In this document: positions 1 through 9,567 of the stretch, one piece after another
Layout: each line of letters begins with the position of its first letter
Position numbering within the stretch: the stretch's first letter is position 1
Assembly: GCA_905479015.1 (NCBI GenBank)
Contig: CAJQKV010000009.1
Span: forward strand, 7,187-71,186
Origin: an uncultured Cyclobacteriaceae bacterium
GTDB lineage: Bacteria; Bacteroidota; Bacteroidia; Cytophagales; Cyclobacteriaceae
Reading direction: 5' to 3'
Length of the DNA stretch: 64,000 nucleotides
Position numbers and translations under genes: made by a program
The notes under the pieces: model-generated
Databases searched by the model: none
What the model saw: the letters and a program-made list of their open reading frames with translations, nothing else
Told to the model about the DNA's origin: nothing

Positions 1-728
1 GTGGCAATGGCCGCATAACCCTGTTGGGCTTGGTAAGGTATTTCATCTCCAAAAAAGGCTTCTACTCTGCTTACCGCTGTACCCCCTCGCTGCCCAAACT
101 GAAAGGCGATCATCCCGGCGAATCCGCCAATTATAAGCAACATGGCAATGAATTTCAATGGTACGCGTCCGATAAATAGCACCACCATGCAAGTACTAAA
201 AAGCAATACGGCACTAGAGATATTGGTCATGGCAATCAAACCACAAATAAGTCCGATCCAAATCAGCATAGGAATAATGGCCCTTTGAAAATCTTGGATA
301 TTCTGTTGTCGCTTGGAAAGCATACTTGCCAAGGTCACAATCAGCGCTAGCTTCGCCAAATCAGAAGGCTGAAAAGCTTGGTTGATGATCGGTATGGTCA
401 ACCACCGAGAAGCTTCATTGATATTGGCTCCATATAACCAAGTGATGACCAATAAAAATACCGATACCCAAAGTAGCAACTTGGAGATTTTAGCATAATA
501 GCGATAATCGATTTTATGTACCCACCACATGGCAAACAGACTCAAAAAAACCAAAGCCCCATGTTTCAATAAATAATATTCCGTATTTCCTCCTACGTAT
601 TTGTAGGCCAAACTCCCCGTGGCACTGTAAACCACCAAGACGCTGAAAATGGAAAGCAATAAAACAATGAGCCAAATGATTGAGTCACCCTTCAAGTTTT
701 CATATGCCCATTCTTTGACCTTCTTCAT
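1..728 (-). CDS. ftsW: FtsW/RodA (SEDS) family cell-division protein. Only the N-terminal ~242 codons are present; the 3' end runs off the left edge.
   Basis: Not in the ORF track. My translation of the minus strand from the ATG at 728-726 gives MKKVKEWAYENLKGDSIIWLIVLLLSIFSVLVVYSATGSLAYKYVGG...HKIDYRYY..., a polytopic SEDS-like protein. The frame stays open to position 1. It shares an ATGA overlap with the murD stop and has the canonical dcw position after murD. Confidence 0.85.
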   Translation of the reverse strand, partial: MKKVKEWAYENLKGDSIIWLIVLLLSIFSVLVVYSATGSLAYKYVGGNTEYYLLKHGALVFLSLFAMWWVHKIDYRYYAKISKLLLWVSVFLLVITWLYGANINEASRWLTIPIINQAFQPSDLAKLALIVTLASMLSKRQQNIQDFQRAIIPMLIWIGLICGLIAMTNISSAVLLFSTCMVVLFIGRVPLKFIAMLLIIGGFAGMIAFQFGQRGGTAVSRVEAFFGDEIPYQAQQGYAAIA

Positions 729-2095
729 ATGCTCGCCAATTTTAAATTTAATGACCCTACCGCCTCCTTAAATTGATCGCCACGGTCCTCATAATTGATA
801 AACAAGTCAAAACTGGCGCACGCAGGGGACAACAATACAACATCTCCTGCACTTGCGATCTCCCAAGCAATTTGAATGGCTTCTCTTGCTGAGCTGGCTC
901 GACCCAGAAAGGGAACTTTACCGCTAAAATGATTTTCGATTTTGGTATTATCTATACCCAAACAAACAATCCCTTTGACTTTTTGGGACACCCATTGATC
1001 TAAAATTGAATAATCATTTCCTTTATCAATACCACCAGCAATCCAAATAATGGGCTCTTTTATGCCTTCCAAAGCGTAGTACACCGCATCTACATTGGTA
1101 GCCTTAGAATCATTAATGAATTTGACTTGGTCAATCTCTGCCACCATTTCCAATCTATGCGGTGCATTTTTAAAGGATTTCATACCTTCCAAAACTTTCT
1201 TAATGGGAATCTCTAACATCAGGGCACACAAGGCAGATGACATGGCGTTAATCAGATTATGCCGACCTATCAATGGAATATCTGCCAGGGGTATCCTATC
1301 CTTCTTTTCTTGATATTCAAAGTTAAAAATCAGATGATCTTTATCTATAAACGCCCCTTTTTTTGAATGAGGGTTTGCTGATACGGCAAATAAACTCGCA
1401 GCTATGTTCCGTCTATTGACTTGCTCATCTACGGCAATACTGTCTGCGCAATAAATAAAGGAAGAGGCTGCGGTAACATTCTCAACCATTCGAAATTTAG
1501 AGGCCACATATTTTTTGAAATCCTGATGATATCGATCTAAATGATCTGGAGTTATATTCAGCAATATAGAAATGTCAGGTTTAAACTGAATGATGCCATC
1601 TAGCTGAAAAGAGCTGATTTCAATCACATAAAAATCATAATTCTTTTCTGCCACTCTTTTGGCCAAACTGTAGCCTACATTCCCTGCTAACGCGACGTCC
1701 AAACCTGCCTCTTTTAATAAATGATAAGTCAATAAAGCCGTAGTCGTCTTCCCATTGGTCCCAGTAATCCCTATGATTTTAGCATTCGGGGCTATGTGTC
1801 TGAAGGCAAATTCAATTTCAGAAATGACCACTACCCCTTGGGCTATCAAATCCATAATTAAAGGGGTATTATCCGGTATTCCTGGACTTTTAACTACGGT
1901 ATCTGCCTTTTTAATTAAATCAAAAGTGTGCTTTTTTTCTTCAAATGCCACCCCTAATTCATCAAGCTTTTGCTTCGTATTTAAAGGAATGATGCCAAGG
2001 TCTGAAACAAAAACGTCATCATGCTTCTGCACGGCTAAGATCGCAGCACCTACCCCACTTTCTCCAGATCCTAATATGACTATTTTTTCCTTCAT
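725..2095 (-). CDS. murD: UDP-N-acetylmuramoylalanine--D-glutamate ligase
   Basis: 456 aa. N-terminal Rossmann 'ILGSGESGVGAA' and Mur-ligase P-loop '[10 protein letters not shown]'. Located between mraY and ftsW. Confidence 0.95.
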   Translation of the reverse strand: MKEKIVILGSGESGVGAAILAVQKHDDVFVSDLGIIPLNTKQKLDELGVAFEEKKHTFDLIKKADTVVKSPGIPDNTPLIMDLIAQGVVVISEIEFAFRHIAPNAKIIGITGTNGKTTTALLTYHLLKEAGLDVALAGNVGYSLAKRVAEKNYDFYVIEISSFQLDGIIQFKPDISILLNITPDHLDRYHQDFKKYVASKFRMVENVTAASSFIYCADSIAVDEQVNRRNIAASLFAVSANPHSKKGAFIDKDHLIFNFEYQEKKDRIPLADIPLIGRHNLINAMSSALCALMLEIPIKKVLEGMKSFKNAPHRLEMVAEIDQVKFINDSKATNVDAVYYALEGIKEPIIWIAGGIDKGNDYSILDQWVSQKVKGIVCLGIDNTKIENHFSGKVPFLGRASSAREAIQIAWEIASAGDVVLLSPACASFDLFINYEDRGDQFKEAVGSLNLKLASI

Positions 2096-2102
2096 TTATC
2101 CT

Positions 2103-3290
2103 TTATCTCAGTTTTAAGGTGGACAATGTGAGGACGGCTAAAAGAATACCTACCGTCCAAAACCTGGTTACAATTTTGGATTCATGCAGCCCTTTCTTTT
2201 GAAAATGATGGTGAATCGGTGACATCAAAAAGATACGCTGGCCCTCACCAAACTTACTTTTAGTATATTTAAAATAACCCACTTGTATAATGACCGAAAG
2301 CAGTTCAATAAAATATATCCCACATAATAAGGGAATCAAAAGCTCTTTTCTAATGGCCAAGGCCAATACGGCAACGATGCCACCCAATGCCAGGCTCCCG
2401 GTATCCCCCATGAAAACTTGAGCGGGAAACGCGTTGTACCACAAAAAGCCAATGCAGGCCCCTACTAGGGCAGCACAGAAAATAACCAGTTCCCCTGAAT
2501 TCGGGATATACATGATGTTGAGGTAATTTGAAAAAATCACATTTCCTGATAAATAAGCTAAAATGGCAAGCGAAAGGGCAATAATTGCTGTTGTTCCCGC
2601 TGCTAAACCATCAATTCCATCCGTTATGTTTACCCCATTGGAGACGGCTGTCACAATAAACGTCACCATCAATACATAAACGACCCAAGCATATTCAGAA
2701 AGGAAATCAGGCAATAACCATGAATACTGAAATTCATTATTTTTAAAGAACGGAATGGTCGTTGCTGATGATTTGATGTCACTATATAGACTTATATCGT
2801 TGCTATTAAATTCTCTAACTACAATGTCTGGATGAAACACCATCGTGCCTCCCACAAGGAGACCTAAACCTACCTGACCGATGATTTTGAACTTGCCACG
2901 CAAACCGTCTTTGTTTTTCTTTTTAATTTTAAGAAAATCATCAATGAACCCAATAGCACCCATCCAAATAGCAGATATAATTAATAAAAGGATATAAATA
3001 TTGGTCAGATCAGCAAAAAGCAAAGTAGGAATGATGATACCCAAAAGAATGATAATACCTCCCATCGTGGGCGTGCCTTGTTTTTCCATTTGACCACTTA
3101 GGCCTAAATCCCTAATGGATTCACCCAACTGAAAAGCTTTCAAGAGGTTGATCAATCTTTGGCCAAAAGTAATGGTGATCAATAAAGAGATCAGCACGGC
3201 CAATCCCGCTCTAAAAGAGATGTATTGAAAAACCCCTACCCCAAATAGGTCAAATTCCTGATCGATATAGTCAAAGAAATGATACAGCAT
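2103..3290 (-). CDS. mraY: Phospho-N-acetylmuramoyl-pentapeptide transferase
   Basis: 395-aa polytopic membrane protein with '[15 protein letters not shown]' and '[12 protein letters not shown]' motifs. Consistent dcw context. Confidence 0.95.
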   Translation of the reverse strand: MLYHFFDYIDQEFDLFGVGVFQYISFRAGLAVLISLLITITFGQRLINLLKAFQLGESIRDLGLSGQMEKQGTPTMGGIIILLGIIIPTLLFADLTNIYILLLIISAIWMGAIGFIDDFLKIKKKNKDGLRGKFKIIGQVGLGLLVGGTMVFHPDIVVREFNSNDISLYSDIKSSATTIPFFKNNEFQYSWLLPDFLSEYAWVVYVLMVTFIVTAVSNGVNITDGIDGLAAGTTAIIALSLAILAYLSGNVIFSNYLNIMYIPNSGELVIFCAALVGACIGFLWYNAFPAQVFMGDTGSLALGGIVAVLALAIRKELLIPLLCGIYFIELLSVIIQVGYFKYTKSKFGEGQRIFLMSPIHHHFQKKGLHESKIVTRFWTVGILLAVLTLSTLKLR

Positions 3291-4750
3291 TATGGTTTTT
3301 TAAGCATTTCCATTAATATTTCTTTATCATCAAAATGTACTTTTTTCCCTTGAATGTCTTGATAATCTTCGTGTCCTTTACCGGCCACTAAAATCACATC
3401 CGTTTTACTCGCAAGATTACAGGCCACCCGAATGGCTTCTCTTCGATCTGTGACCCGCATGACTTTCTTATGATAAATGGGGGAAATCCCTTTCATCATG
3501 TCATCCAAAATAGTCTCTGGACTTTCGAATCTTGGATTGTCACTGGTTAGAATGACTTTATCACTATAGCTTGCAGCTATAGAAGCCATTTTCGGTCTTT
3601 TCTCTTGGTCTCTATTTCCGCCACATCCTACAACCGTAATGAGTTGCTCATTCTTTGTCCTTAAGCTATCGATGGTTGAAAGGACATTGCTTAATGCGTC
3701 CGGAGTATGCGCATAATCTACAATCGCCATTATATTGTGATCATTGCTTACATATTCAAACCTTCCTCGTGCACTGCTGCTCTGGGATAATTGAATCAAG
3801 ACCTCTTGTGCCTCTTCGCCTAATATCGTTGCCACAGCATAGGCCGTCAATAGATTGTAAGCATTGAATGATCCAATCAGTTGAAACCAGATGTTTTGAC
3901 CACTAATGTCAAGTTCTAATCCTTGAAAAGTATTGTTTAGTAATTTGGCAGTAAAATCTCCATAACCCTTCATGCCGTATTTATACACACGGCTTTTAGT
4001 ATTTTGAACCATGATTTTACCCCGCTTATCATCCGCATTTATGAGCGCAAAAGCATCCTCATTCAAATGATCAAATAAGATTTTTTTTGCCTTTATATAT
4101 TCATCAAAAGATGAATGATAGTCCAAATGATCATGTGACAAATTGGTAAATACGCCTCCCGAAAAGGAGAGTCCTGAGGTCCGTTCTTGAACCAATGCGT
4201 GGGAACTTACCTCCATGAAAACATATTGACATCCTTTCGCAATCATTTCCACTAACAGCTCATTGATGGTAATGACATCTGGGGTGGTGAAATGAGAAGG
4301 GATAATGGTCTTGCCAATGATATTCTCTACTGTAGACAAAAGCCCTACTTGGTAACCCAGAGCACTAAATAATGAATGCAATAAGGTGGCAGAAGTCGTC
4401 TTGCCATTGGTTCCCGTGATCCCAATAAGTTTCAATTTTTTAGAGGGATGATCATAAAAATTATCGGCGATCACTCCCAGTTCCTTTGCGCAATTATCCG
4501 TTTCAATTACAGCAATATCATCACTGAAATTTCCCTTGGATTTTTTTTCAATAAGTAAGGCTACGGCTCCTTGGGCTACGGCTTGTTCAAGATGATCGTG
4601 ACCATCACTGTTCAGCCCTCGAATAGCGACAAATAGGTCTCCTGGACGAACCTTTCGAGAATCGAAAGCCAGACCATTGATTTCTCTATCCCTATTTCCA
4701 GAAATAGCCTTCAGCTTTACGCCATAAAGTATGTCTTTGAGCTTAGCCAA
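3290..4750 (-). CDS. murE: UDP-N-acetylmuramoyl-tripeptide synthetase (MurE; diamino-acid adding enzyme)
   Basis: 486 aa. Contains '[10 protein letters not shown]' and '[10 protein letters not shown]' (the DNPR motif). 1-nt overlap with mraY and 8-nt overlap with ftsI. Confidence 0.93.
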   Translation of the reverse strand: MAKLKDILYGVKLKAISGNRDREINGLAFDSRKVRPGDLFVAIRGLNSDGHDHLEQAVAQGAVALLIEKKSKGNFSDDIAVIETDNCAKELGVIADNFYDHPSKKLKLIGITGTNGKTTSATLLHSLFSALGYQVGLLSTVENIIGKTIIPSHFTTPDVITINELLVEMIAKGCQYVFMEVSSHALVQERTSGLSFSGGVFTNLSHDHLDYHSSFDEYIKAKKILFDHLNEDAFALINADDKRGKIMVQNTKSRVYKYGMKGYGDFTAKLLNNTFQGLELDISGQNIWFQLIGSFNAYNLLTAYAVATILGEEAQEVLIQLSQSSSARGRFEYVSNDHNIMAIVDYAHTPDALSNVLSTIDSLRTKNEQLITVVGCGGNRDQEKRPKMASIAASYSDKVILTSDNPRFESPETILDDMMKGISPIYHKKVMRVTDRREAIRVACNLASKTDVILVAGKGHEDYQDIQGKKVHFDDKEILMEMLKKP

Positions 4751-6845
4751 GTTTCAGTTCTATCTTTTGATTCGACCTTAATTTAGAATTAGGTGCAATT
4801 GATTGTGTTTTGACTCTTCCAAAACCTTGTGTTTGTACTTTTAACCCCGCATTCTCTAAAACGAAATAGGCATCTTTCAATGTCATGCCCACCACGTTGG
4901 GTACCTGTTGTGGGGTTAAATTATTCTCTTTCCATAATACAGAATTGTTTACGATTTGAGTCTTTACCCATTCTGCATTGGGTGCCTCTGAATGATTTGA
5001 AATACCTAGTTTGTTGCTTATTTGTATTAAGTCTCGTTGATTTCCGGATTTAATCAATGGAAAAATGCCCACCATATGAAGGTCTTCAATAGGTTCCACA
5101 TCTTGTAGCTCTATTTCATTTGAATAGATTTTATCGGCTATCTTCCTAAAGACGGGTGCTGACACATCTCCCCCATATATTTGATATCCTTTGGGCTTAT
5201 CTATCACGACTATACAGCTATATTTAGGCTTTTCAGCAGGAAAATAGCCTACGAATGAAGTATAATACTCGTTGGTATATAATCCGTTTTTAACATTTTT
5301 TGCAGTACCTGTTTTACCCGCAATATTGTACTTAGGGGTATAAATGTTTTGGGCGGTACCCCGTTCTACTACTCCTTGAAGCATAATTTTAACATCTCTC
5401 AAAGTGCTTTCAGAGCATATTTTCTCTTTCAAAATCTTTGCCTCAAATTCTTGAATGACTTGATCTGCACGCTTGATGTATTTTACAATGATGGGCTGTA
5501 CCATTTTACCTTCATTGGCAATCGAATTAAAGAGGGTAAGGGTATGAAGTGGGGTCATTTTAAGCTCATAGCCATGTGACATCCAAGGCAATGAAGTGCC
5601 ACTCCAAGTTGAATCTTTTGGTGACTTGATGTAAGATACTCCCTCGCCATACATCTGAAAGGCCAAAGGTTCATAAAGCCCCATAGCTCTCAATTGGTCT
5701 ATGAATTTTTGTGGGTTTTTACCAAAATGATTTTGAATTAACTTGGCAATGCCAATATTAGATGATTTTTCAAATGCTTCTTGAATCGAAAGGATACCAT
5801 ATCCTCCTTTTTTGTGATCTCTCATCGTTTCATTGAAAAACTTGAAGGACCCATTTCCGGTATCAATAGAATCGTGAAGCTGCAATTGGGAATCTTCCAA
5901 TAACGCAATCATACTGGCCAATTTAAAGGTGGAACCCGGTTCTCTAGAACCTTGACTTCCTACGGCATAATTATAGGACTCATAGTAAGTGCCTTTCGAA
6001 TTTCTACTGAGATTAGAAATCGCCTTTATCTGACCCGTATTCACCTCCATAACTACCACTGAACCATAATCCGCCTGGTTTTTTTCTAGAGCCTCAAGCA
6101 ATGCGTTTTCAGCGATGTCTTGAATATTTACATTAATGGTAGTTTGAATATCCATACCCTCAATCGGTCTTAACTCTGTTCCGTCGTAAACCGGTTTCCA
6201 TCCCCCACCAACCATTTTCTGATAAAGTGCTTCTCCATCTCTTCCTGATAATTCCTTATTAAAGCTATACTCAAGACCTACTACTCCTCTATCCTCTCCA
6301 TTGACCGTTCCGATGGTACGCCCCCCCAGCTGACTGAAAGGCAAAAATCTCTTTTCAACTTTTTCAAAAATGATCCCCCCTGAGAGTCGACCCTTTCTAA
6401 ATATCGGCCATTCTTCCATTTTCTTTTTTTCTTGGTAATCAATTAAATTTTTATTAATGACCATGTAGCGCCTTCCTATTTTTCTTTGCTGCGTAATCTT
6501 CGCTTTGTACTGCCTGGAACTTAAGTTTCTAAAATGCTGAGATAATAAGTAGGACAAGGAATCTATTTGGCTATCAAATAGATCATGGGTAGCCAGCGAA
6601 GGATCAAAAGCCACTTTATAGAAGGGTAACGAAGTGGCCAATAAACTACCATCATCGGCATATATGTTTCCTCGAGTCGCGTTGATCTTCATTACTTTGA
6701 GTCCATTGGTCTGGCCCAAGCCTCTCCATTGCTCAGACTCAACATATTGAATGATCACCAGCCTATAAACCGCGGCGATAGTAAATAATGCCACCGCTAA
6801 ATAAGCAATACGCACCCTCAACAATATGTCAGTTTTTACTTTCAC
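4743..6845 (-). CDS. ftsI: Division-specific class B penicillin-binding protein (PBP3/FtsI type) with a C-terminal PASTA-like module
   Basis: 700 aa with an N-terminal TM helix. Transpeptidase motifs are STFK (SxxK), SSN (SxN) and KTGT (KTG). The last ~60 aa ('VPNVVGMTLKDAYFVLENAGLKV...') look PASTA-like. Confidence 0.9.
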   Translation of the reverse strand: MKVKTDILLRVRIAYLAVALFTIAAVYRLVIIQYVESEQWRGLGQTNGLKVMKINATRGNIYADDGSLLATSLPFYKVAFDPSLATHDLFDSQIDSLSYLLSQHFRNLSSRQYKAKITQQRKIGRRYMVINKNLIDYQEKKKMEEWPIFRKGRLSGGIIFEKVEKRFLPFSQLGGRTIGTVNGEDRGVVGLEYSFNKELSGRDGEALYQKMVGGGWKPVYDGTELRPIEGMDIQTTINVNIQDIAENALLEALEKNQADYGSVVVMEVNTGQIKAISNLSRNSKGTYYESYNYAVGSQGSREPGSTFKLASMIALLEDSQLQLHDSIDTGNGSFKFFNETMRDHKKGGYGILSIQEAFEKSSNIGIAKLIQNHFGKNPQKFIDQLRAMGLYEPLAFQMYGEGVSYIKSPKDSTWSGTSLPWMSHGYELKMTPLHTLTLFNSIANEGKMVQPIIVKYIKRADQVIQEFEAKILKEKICSESTLRDVKIMLQGVVERGTAQNIYTPKYNIAGKTGTAKNVKNGLYTNEYYTSFVGYFPAEKPKYSCIVVIDKPKGYQIYGGDVSAPVFRKIADKIYSNEIELQDVEPIEDLHMVGIFPLIKSGNQRDLIQISNKLGISNHSEAPNAEWVKTQIVNNSVLWKENNLTPQQVPNVVGMTLKDAYFVLENAGLKVQTQGFGRVKTQSIAPNSKLRSNQKIELKLG

Positions 6846-7201
6846 TTTGGCATTAAAATCTTTTGTGGTGGTTTTTTACTTTCATAAAGGCCAAGGCGCG
6901 CCACGCGCCTCGAAATCTCAGCTTGTTTACTGGCAAACATATAGTCTGATTTAAGGGTCGTATAATCCGCTCTTAAATCTTCTACTTCACGCTCTAATTG
7001 ACTGATGCTTCGCACTATTTTTTCAGCATAATGTCGGTTGCCTATATATACCAGGCACAGTACCGAGACAAAAACAATCTGGGACATAAAACGCACATGG
7101 ATCACCTCCTTGATACTCCCATCAATATGTAAAAATCTTTCTAACAGTGTTAAAATACCCCGCTTACTTTGATCCTTAGGTTTATAAGTGTTGGTAGCCA
7201 T
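6842..7201 (-). CDS. ftsL: FtsL-like small bitopic cell-division protein
   Basis: 119 aa with a single central TM segment followed by a heptad-like region ('QLEREVEDLRADYTTLKSDY'). 4-nt overlap with ftsI. Sits in the rsmH-ftsI slot of the dcw cluster. Confidence 0.7.
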   Translation of the reverse strand: MATNTYKPKDQSKRGILTLLERFLHIDGSIKEVIHVRFMSQIVFVSVLCLVYIGNRHYAEKIVRSISQLEREVEDLRADYTTLKSDYMFASKQAEISRRVARLGLYESKKPPQKILMPK

Positions 7202-7202
7202 A

Positions 7203-8114
7203 TTAATTTTTTATCCCAATTCTTAACTTGGCACTCCTGGCTCTATTATTTAAAGCAATTTCATTTTCTGCTGGTGTAATCAACCTCCCTTTAATAGGCT
7301 CAAACGCCCTGATTACATTTCCAAAAAAATCTTTTTCTAATATGCCTTCAAGATTCCCCGTATTTATCAAAAATTTAGCCAACCTATCCTCAAGGGAATG
7401 ATAACTGATGATCACAAGTCGACCACCGACCTTCAAAACATCTTTAGACTGTATTAAAAATTCCTTTAATGCATTTATTTCATCATTAACTTCGATTCGA
7501 ATCGCTTGAAAAAGCTGTGCTGAATATTTAGCATGCTTGCCATTCGGCGCGGATTTCATTGCAATTGACCTGAGTGCCTCCGTCGTATGGATCGGCGTGA
7601 TGGCTCTTGCACTTATGATTTCGGCAGCCAATCTTTTGGCATTTCTTATCTCTCCATACCGTGATAATAATTGAATAAGAACCTCTTCGGAGTATTCATT
7701 TACCACTTTAGCCGCTGTGATGCTGGATACTTGATCCATGCGCATATCAAGTGCTCCATCAAATCGTGTAGAAAACCCCCTACTTTGCTGATCAAATTGG
7801 TGGGATGAAACCCCTAAATCTGCTAAAATTCCATCTACTTTGTCGATTTTATGAAATTTTAAATACCTTTTGAGGTGTCTAAAATTGGAAGCTACAAAAA
7901 TAAAAGAACGCTGTGCGTCAGACTCAAATGAAGCTGTATTTTTTGAGGCATCTGGATCTTGGTCGAAGGCAATTAAAGTACCTTGCTCCATCTGTTCAAA
8001 GATGGCTCGGGCGTGTCCTCCACCTCCAAAAGTCACGTCTACATAAATTCCCCCGGCCTGGATATTTAACCCTTCAACACTCTGTTTAAGTAAAACGGGT
8101 ACATGATAACTCAT
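7203..8114 (-). CDS. rsmH: 16S rRNA (cytosine1402-N4)-methyltransferase
   Basis: 303 aa. Contains 'DVTFGGGGHA' and 'ADLGVSSHQFD' MraW/RsmH signatures. Directly downstream of mraZ. Confidence 0.95.
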   Translation of the reverse strand: MSYHVPVLLKQSVEGLNIQAGGIYVDVTFGGGGHARAIFEQMEQGTLIAFDQDPDASKNTASFESDAQRSFIFVASNFRHLKRYLKFHKIDKVDGILADLGVSSHQFDQQSRGFSTRFDGALDMRMDQVSSITAAKVVNEYSEEVLIQLLSRYGEIRNAKRLAAEIISARAITPIHTTEALRSIAMKSAPNGKHAKYSAQLFQAIRIEVNDEINALKEFLIQSKDVLKVGGRLVIISYHSLEDRLAKFLINTGNLEGILEKDFFGNVIRAFEPIKGRLITPAENEIALNNRARSAKLRIGIKN

Positions 8115-8122
8115 TTATTCAC

Positions 8123-8566
8123 TCATTCATCAAGGTATTTTTCTGCTAAATTCGAAAATTCAGTCACATCGGTCTTTTGATTTAAATCAAAAATATCAGG
8201 ATCCCATATTTCAATATAATTGCCCATTCCAATCAAAAGAGCCTCCCGATTGACTTTGGCATGCAATAACATCGTTTTGGGAATCAAAATTCTAGCTGCG
8301 TTGTCCAATTCTACTTGAGCAATGCTCCTAAAAAACATCCTTTTCAGCTTTCGCTGCTCAGGATTAAACTCACTTAAACTTGAAATTTTTTGATGTATTT
8401 TCTTATACTCGAGCATCGGGTAGAGAATCAAATTAGATTCAAAACCTTTTCGTAGGACGAGCTCTGAAGTAGAGACCTCGGGAAGATTAGACTTAATCTT
8501 TGCAGGTAAGACTAATCTACCCTTGGTATCCAACTTGCACTCAAATTCGCTTGTAAAAAAAGCCAT
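8123..8566 (-). CDS. mraZ: Transcriptional regulator MraZ
   Basis: Duplicated SpoVT/AbrB-type 'DxxGR' motifs ('LDTKGRLVLP', 'LDNAARILIP'). I place the start at the internal Met ('MAFFTSEFECKLDTKGR', ATG at 8566). This matches the usual ~12 residues before the first DxxGR. The 18-codon extension in the ORF track (to 8620) is a hydrophobic WWW stretch that runs towards the putative operator. Confidence 0.85.
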   Translation of the reverse strand: MAFFTSEFECKLDTKGRLVLPAKIKSNLPEVSTSELVLRKGFESNLILYPMLEYKKIHQKISSLSEFNPEQRKLKRMFFRSIAQVELDNAARILIPKTMLLHAKVNREALLIGMGNYIEIWDPDIFDLNQKTDVTEFSNLAEKYLDE

Positions 8567-8625
8567 AAGAGTTATTAAAAAAATAAACCACCACCACAAA
8601 TCTATAAAATAATTCGACATTTACA

Positions 8626-8650
8626 ACCACTATTCCCCACTTTCTCCCAC
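8626..8650 (-). promoter_or_regulatory. Putative MraZ operator: three direct GTGGG/GTGGT repeats with 10-bp phasing
   Basis: The minus strand reads GTGGG-agaaa-GTGGG-gaata-GTGGT (8650->8626), 60-85 nt upstream of the preferred mraZ ATG. It has the same architecture as the E. coli Pmra MraZ sites (TGGGN repeats with 5-nt spacers). Confidence 0.6.
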
Positions 8651-8970
8651 TTTTTTTTTAAAAAACAATAATCTATGAATTTACTTGTTTAAATAACCCT
8701 AAAATAGGGCTTAAAAAGGCTTATGAGTAGTTTTTAAATCAATGAAAAATAATGATCACCGAGTCGATGGCATCTCTAGCAGCGACTTTTGTTCGTAAAA
8801 AATCATTTTTAGTTCAAAAAGCGATGAAAAAAGTGATTTTTATTTAAATCAAGAAAAATGGTGGGGGAAGGTGGTAAATCAAAGAAGATGCTTTCGCTTT
8901 TTCACGTTTTCATCCAGAAAAAAGTATGCTTCCTACTCAATCTAAGAGAAAGTCAATGGGTCAAGTAATG

Positions 8971-9013
8971 TTTAACTTAGTTTCTAGCTCTCGGGGCTAG
9001 AAACTAAGTTAAA
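8971..9013 (-). terminator. Perfect 18-bp stem / 7-nt loop hairpin downstream of the FKBP gene; probable intrinsic terminator separating it from the dcw promoter region
   Basis: tttaacttagtttctagc (8971-8988) pairs perfectly with gctagaaactaagttaaa (8996-9013). It lies 59 nt after the stop of the 9072-9500 CDS. No clear U-tract follows on the minus strand. Confidence 0.45.
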
Positions 9014-9071
9014 TTCAGCAAAGCATGAGCGGCTAATTTTTAAAAAAAATATTACGCTGCTTCGCATTAAA

Positions 9072-9500
9072 TCAGGCTATTTCAATAACCTCAATTTCAA
9101 AAATTAAATCCTTTCCTGCGAGTGCATGATTGGCATCAATTTTAATGTCTTTTTCGTTTACCTCAACAATAGTAACTGGGATTTGTTGACCATTATCAGC
9201 AGTCGCTGAAAGCTGCTGTCCTATTTCTGGAACTATTTCAGGTGGTAAGTTTTCTTTAGGAACCGTCTGCACCATATCCTGATTGTGCTCTCCATAGGCA
9301 TCTACCGCAGGAATTTCCACTGTCTTTTTCTCATTCAACGCCATACCGTCAACGGCATCATCAAATCCCTTGATCATTTGACCCGATGCCACTGTAAATT
9401 CAATAGGATCCCTACCCACTGAAGAATCAAAGACTTCGCCATCTGTGAGCTTTCCGGTGTAATGGACTTTAATAATGTCGTTTGCTTTTACTTTTGTCAT
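9072..9500 (-). CDS. slyD: FKBP-type peptidyl-prolyl cis-trans isomerase, SlyD/FkpB-like with an insert-in-flap region and no His-rich tail
   Basis: 142 aa. Contains 'VHYTGKLTDGEVFDSS' and 'GQMIKGFDDAV', followed by a chaperone-insert-like segment and 'HALAGKDLIFEIEV'. Confidence 0.85.
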   Translation of the reverse strand: MTKVKANDIIKVHYTGKLTDGEVFDSSVGRDPIEFTVASGQMIKGFDDAVDGMALNEKKTVEIPAVDAYGEHNQDMVQTVPKENLPPEIVPEIGQQLSATADNGQQIPVTIVEVNEKDIKIDANHALAGKDLIFEIEVIEIA

Positions 9501-9567
9501 AAACTTTTTTTGAAAGCAAAGTTAAAATTATTTGCCTAAAAAATTAAGCTTCAATTCATTTTAGTCA

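Noticed and set aside
1755-2117. Long antisense ORFs inside well-supported genes: 1755-2117(+), 10322-10744(+), 20076-20435(+), 23603-24001(-), 30851-31207(+), 50035-50364(+), 18171-18359(-), and the many 60-100-aa ORFs in the track.
   Set aside because: Each lies wholly within, and antisense or out of frame to, a gene with clear family motifs. Their translations are low-complexity or compositionally odd, with no recognisable motif. This is typical shadow-ORF behaviour.
8567-8620. N-terminal extensions of longest-ORF calls: mraZ to 8620, nqrA to 31365, kinase to 61170, amidohydrolase from 22065, cmk to 32963, and the 895-aa protein from 41204.
   Set aside because: The extensions are not family-like, start at non-ATG codons or cover promoter/operator sequence, and internal ATGs give canonical N-termini. 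The shorter models are used in the feature list.
8816-8913. A-rich imperfect inverted repeats (AAAAAGCGATGAAAAAAGTGA ... TCGCTTTTTCACGTTTTCATC) that might fold as a leader RNA structure upstream of mraZ.
   Set aside because: The order of the complementary blocks is not that of a simple hairpin, and the sequence is low-complexity A/T runs. They are mentioned only as context for the second GTGG pair.
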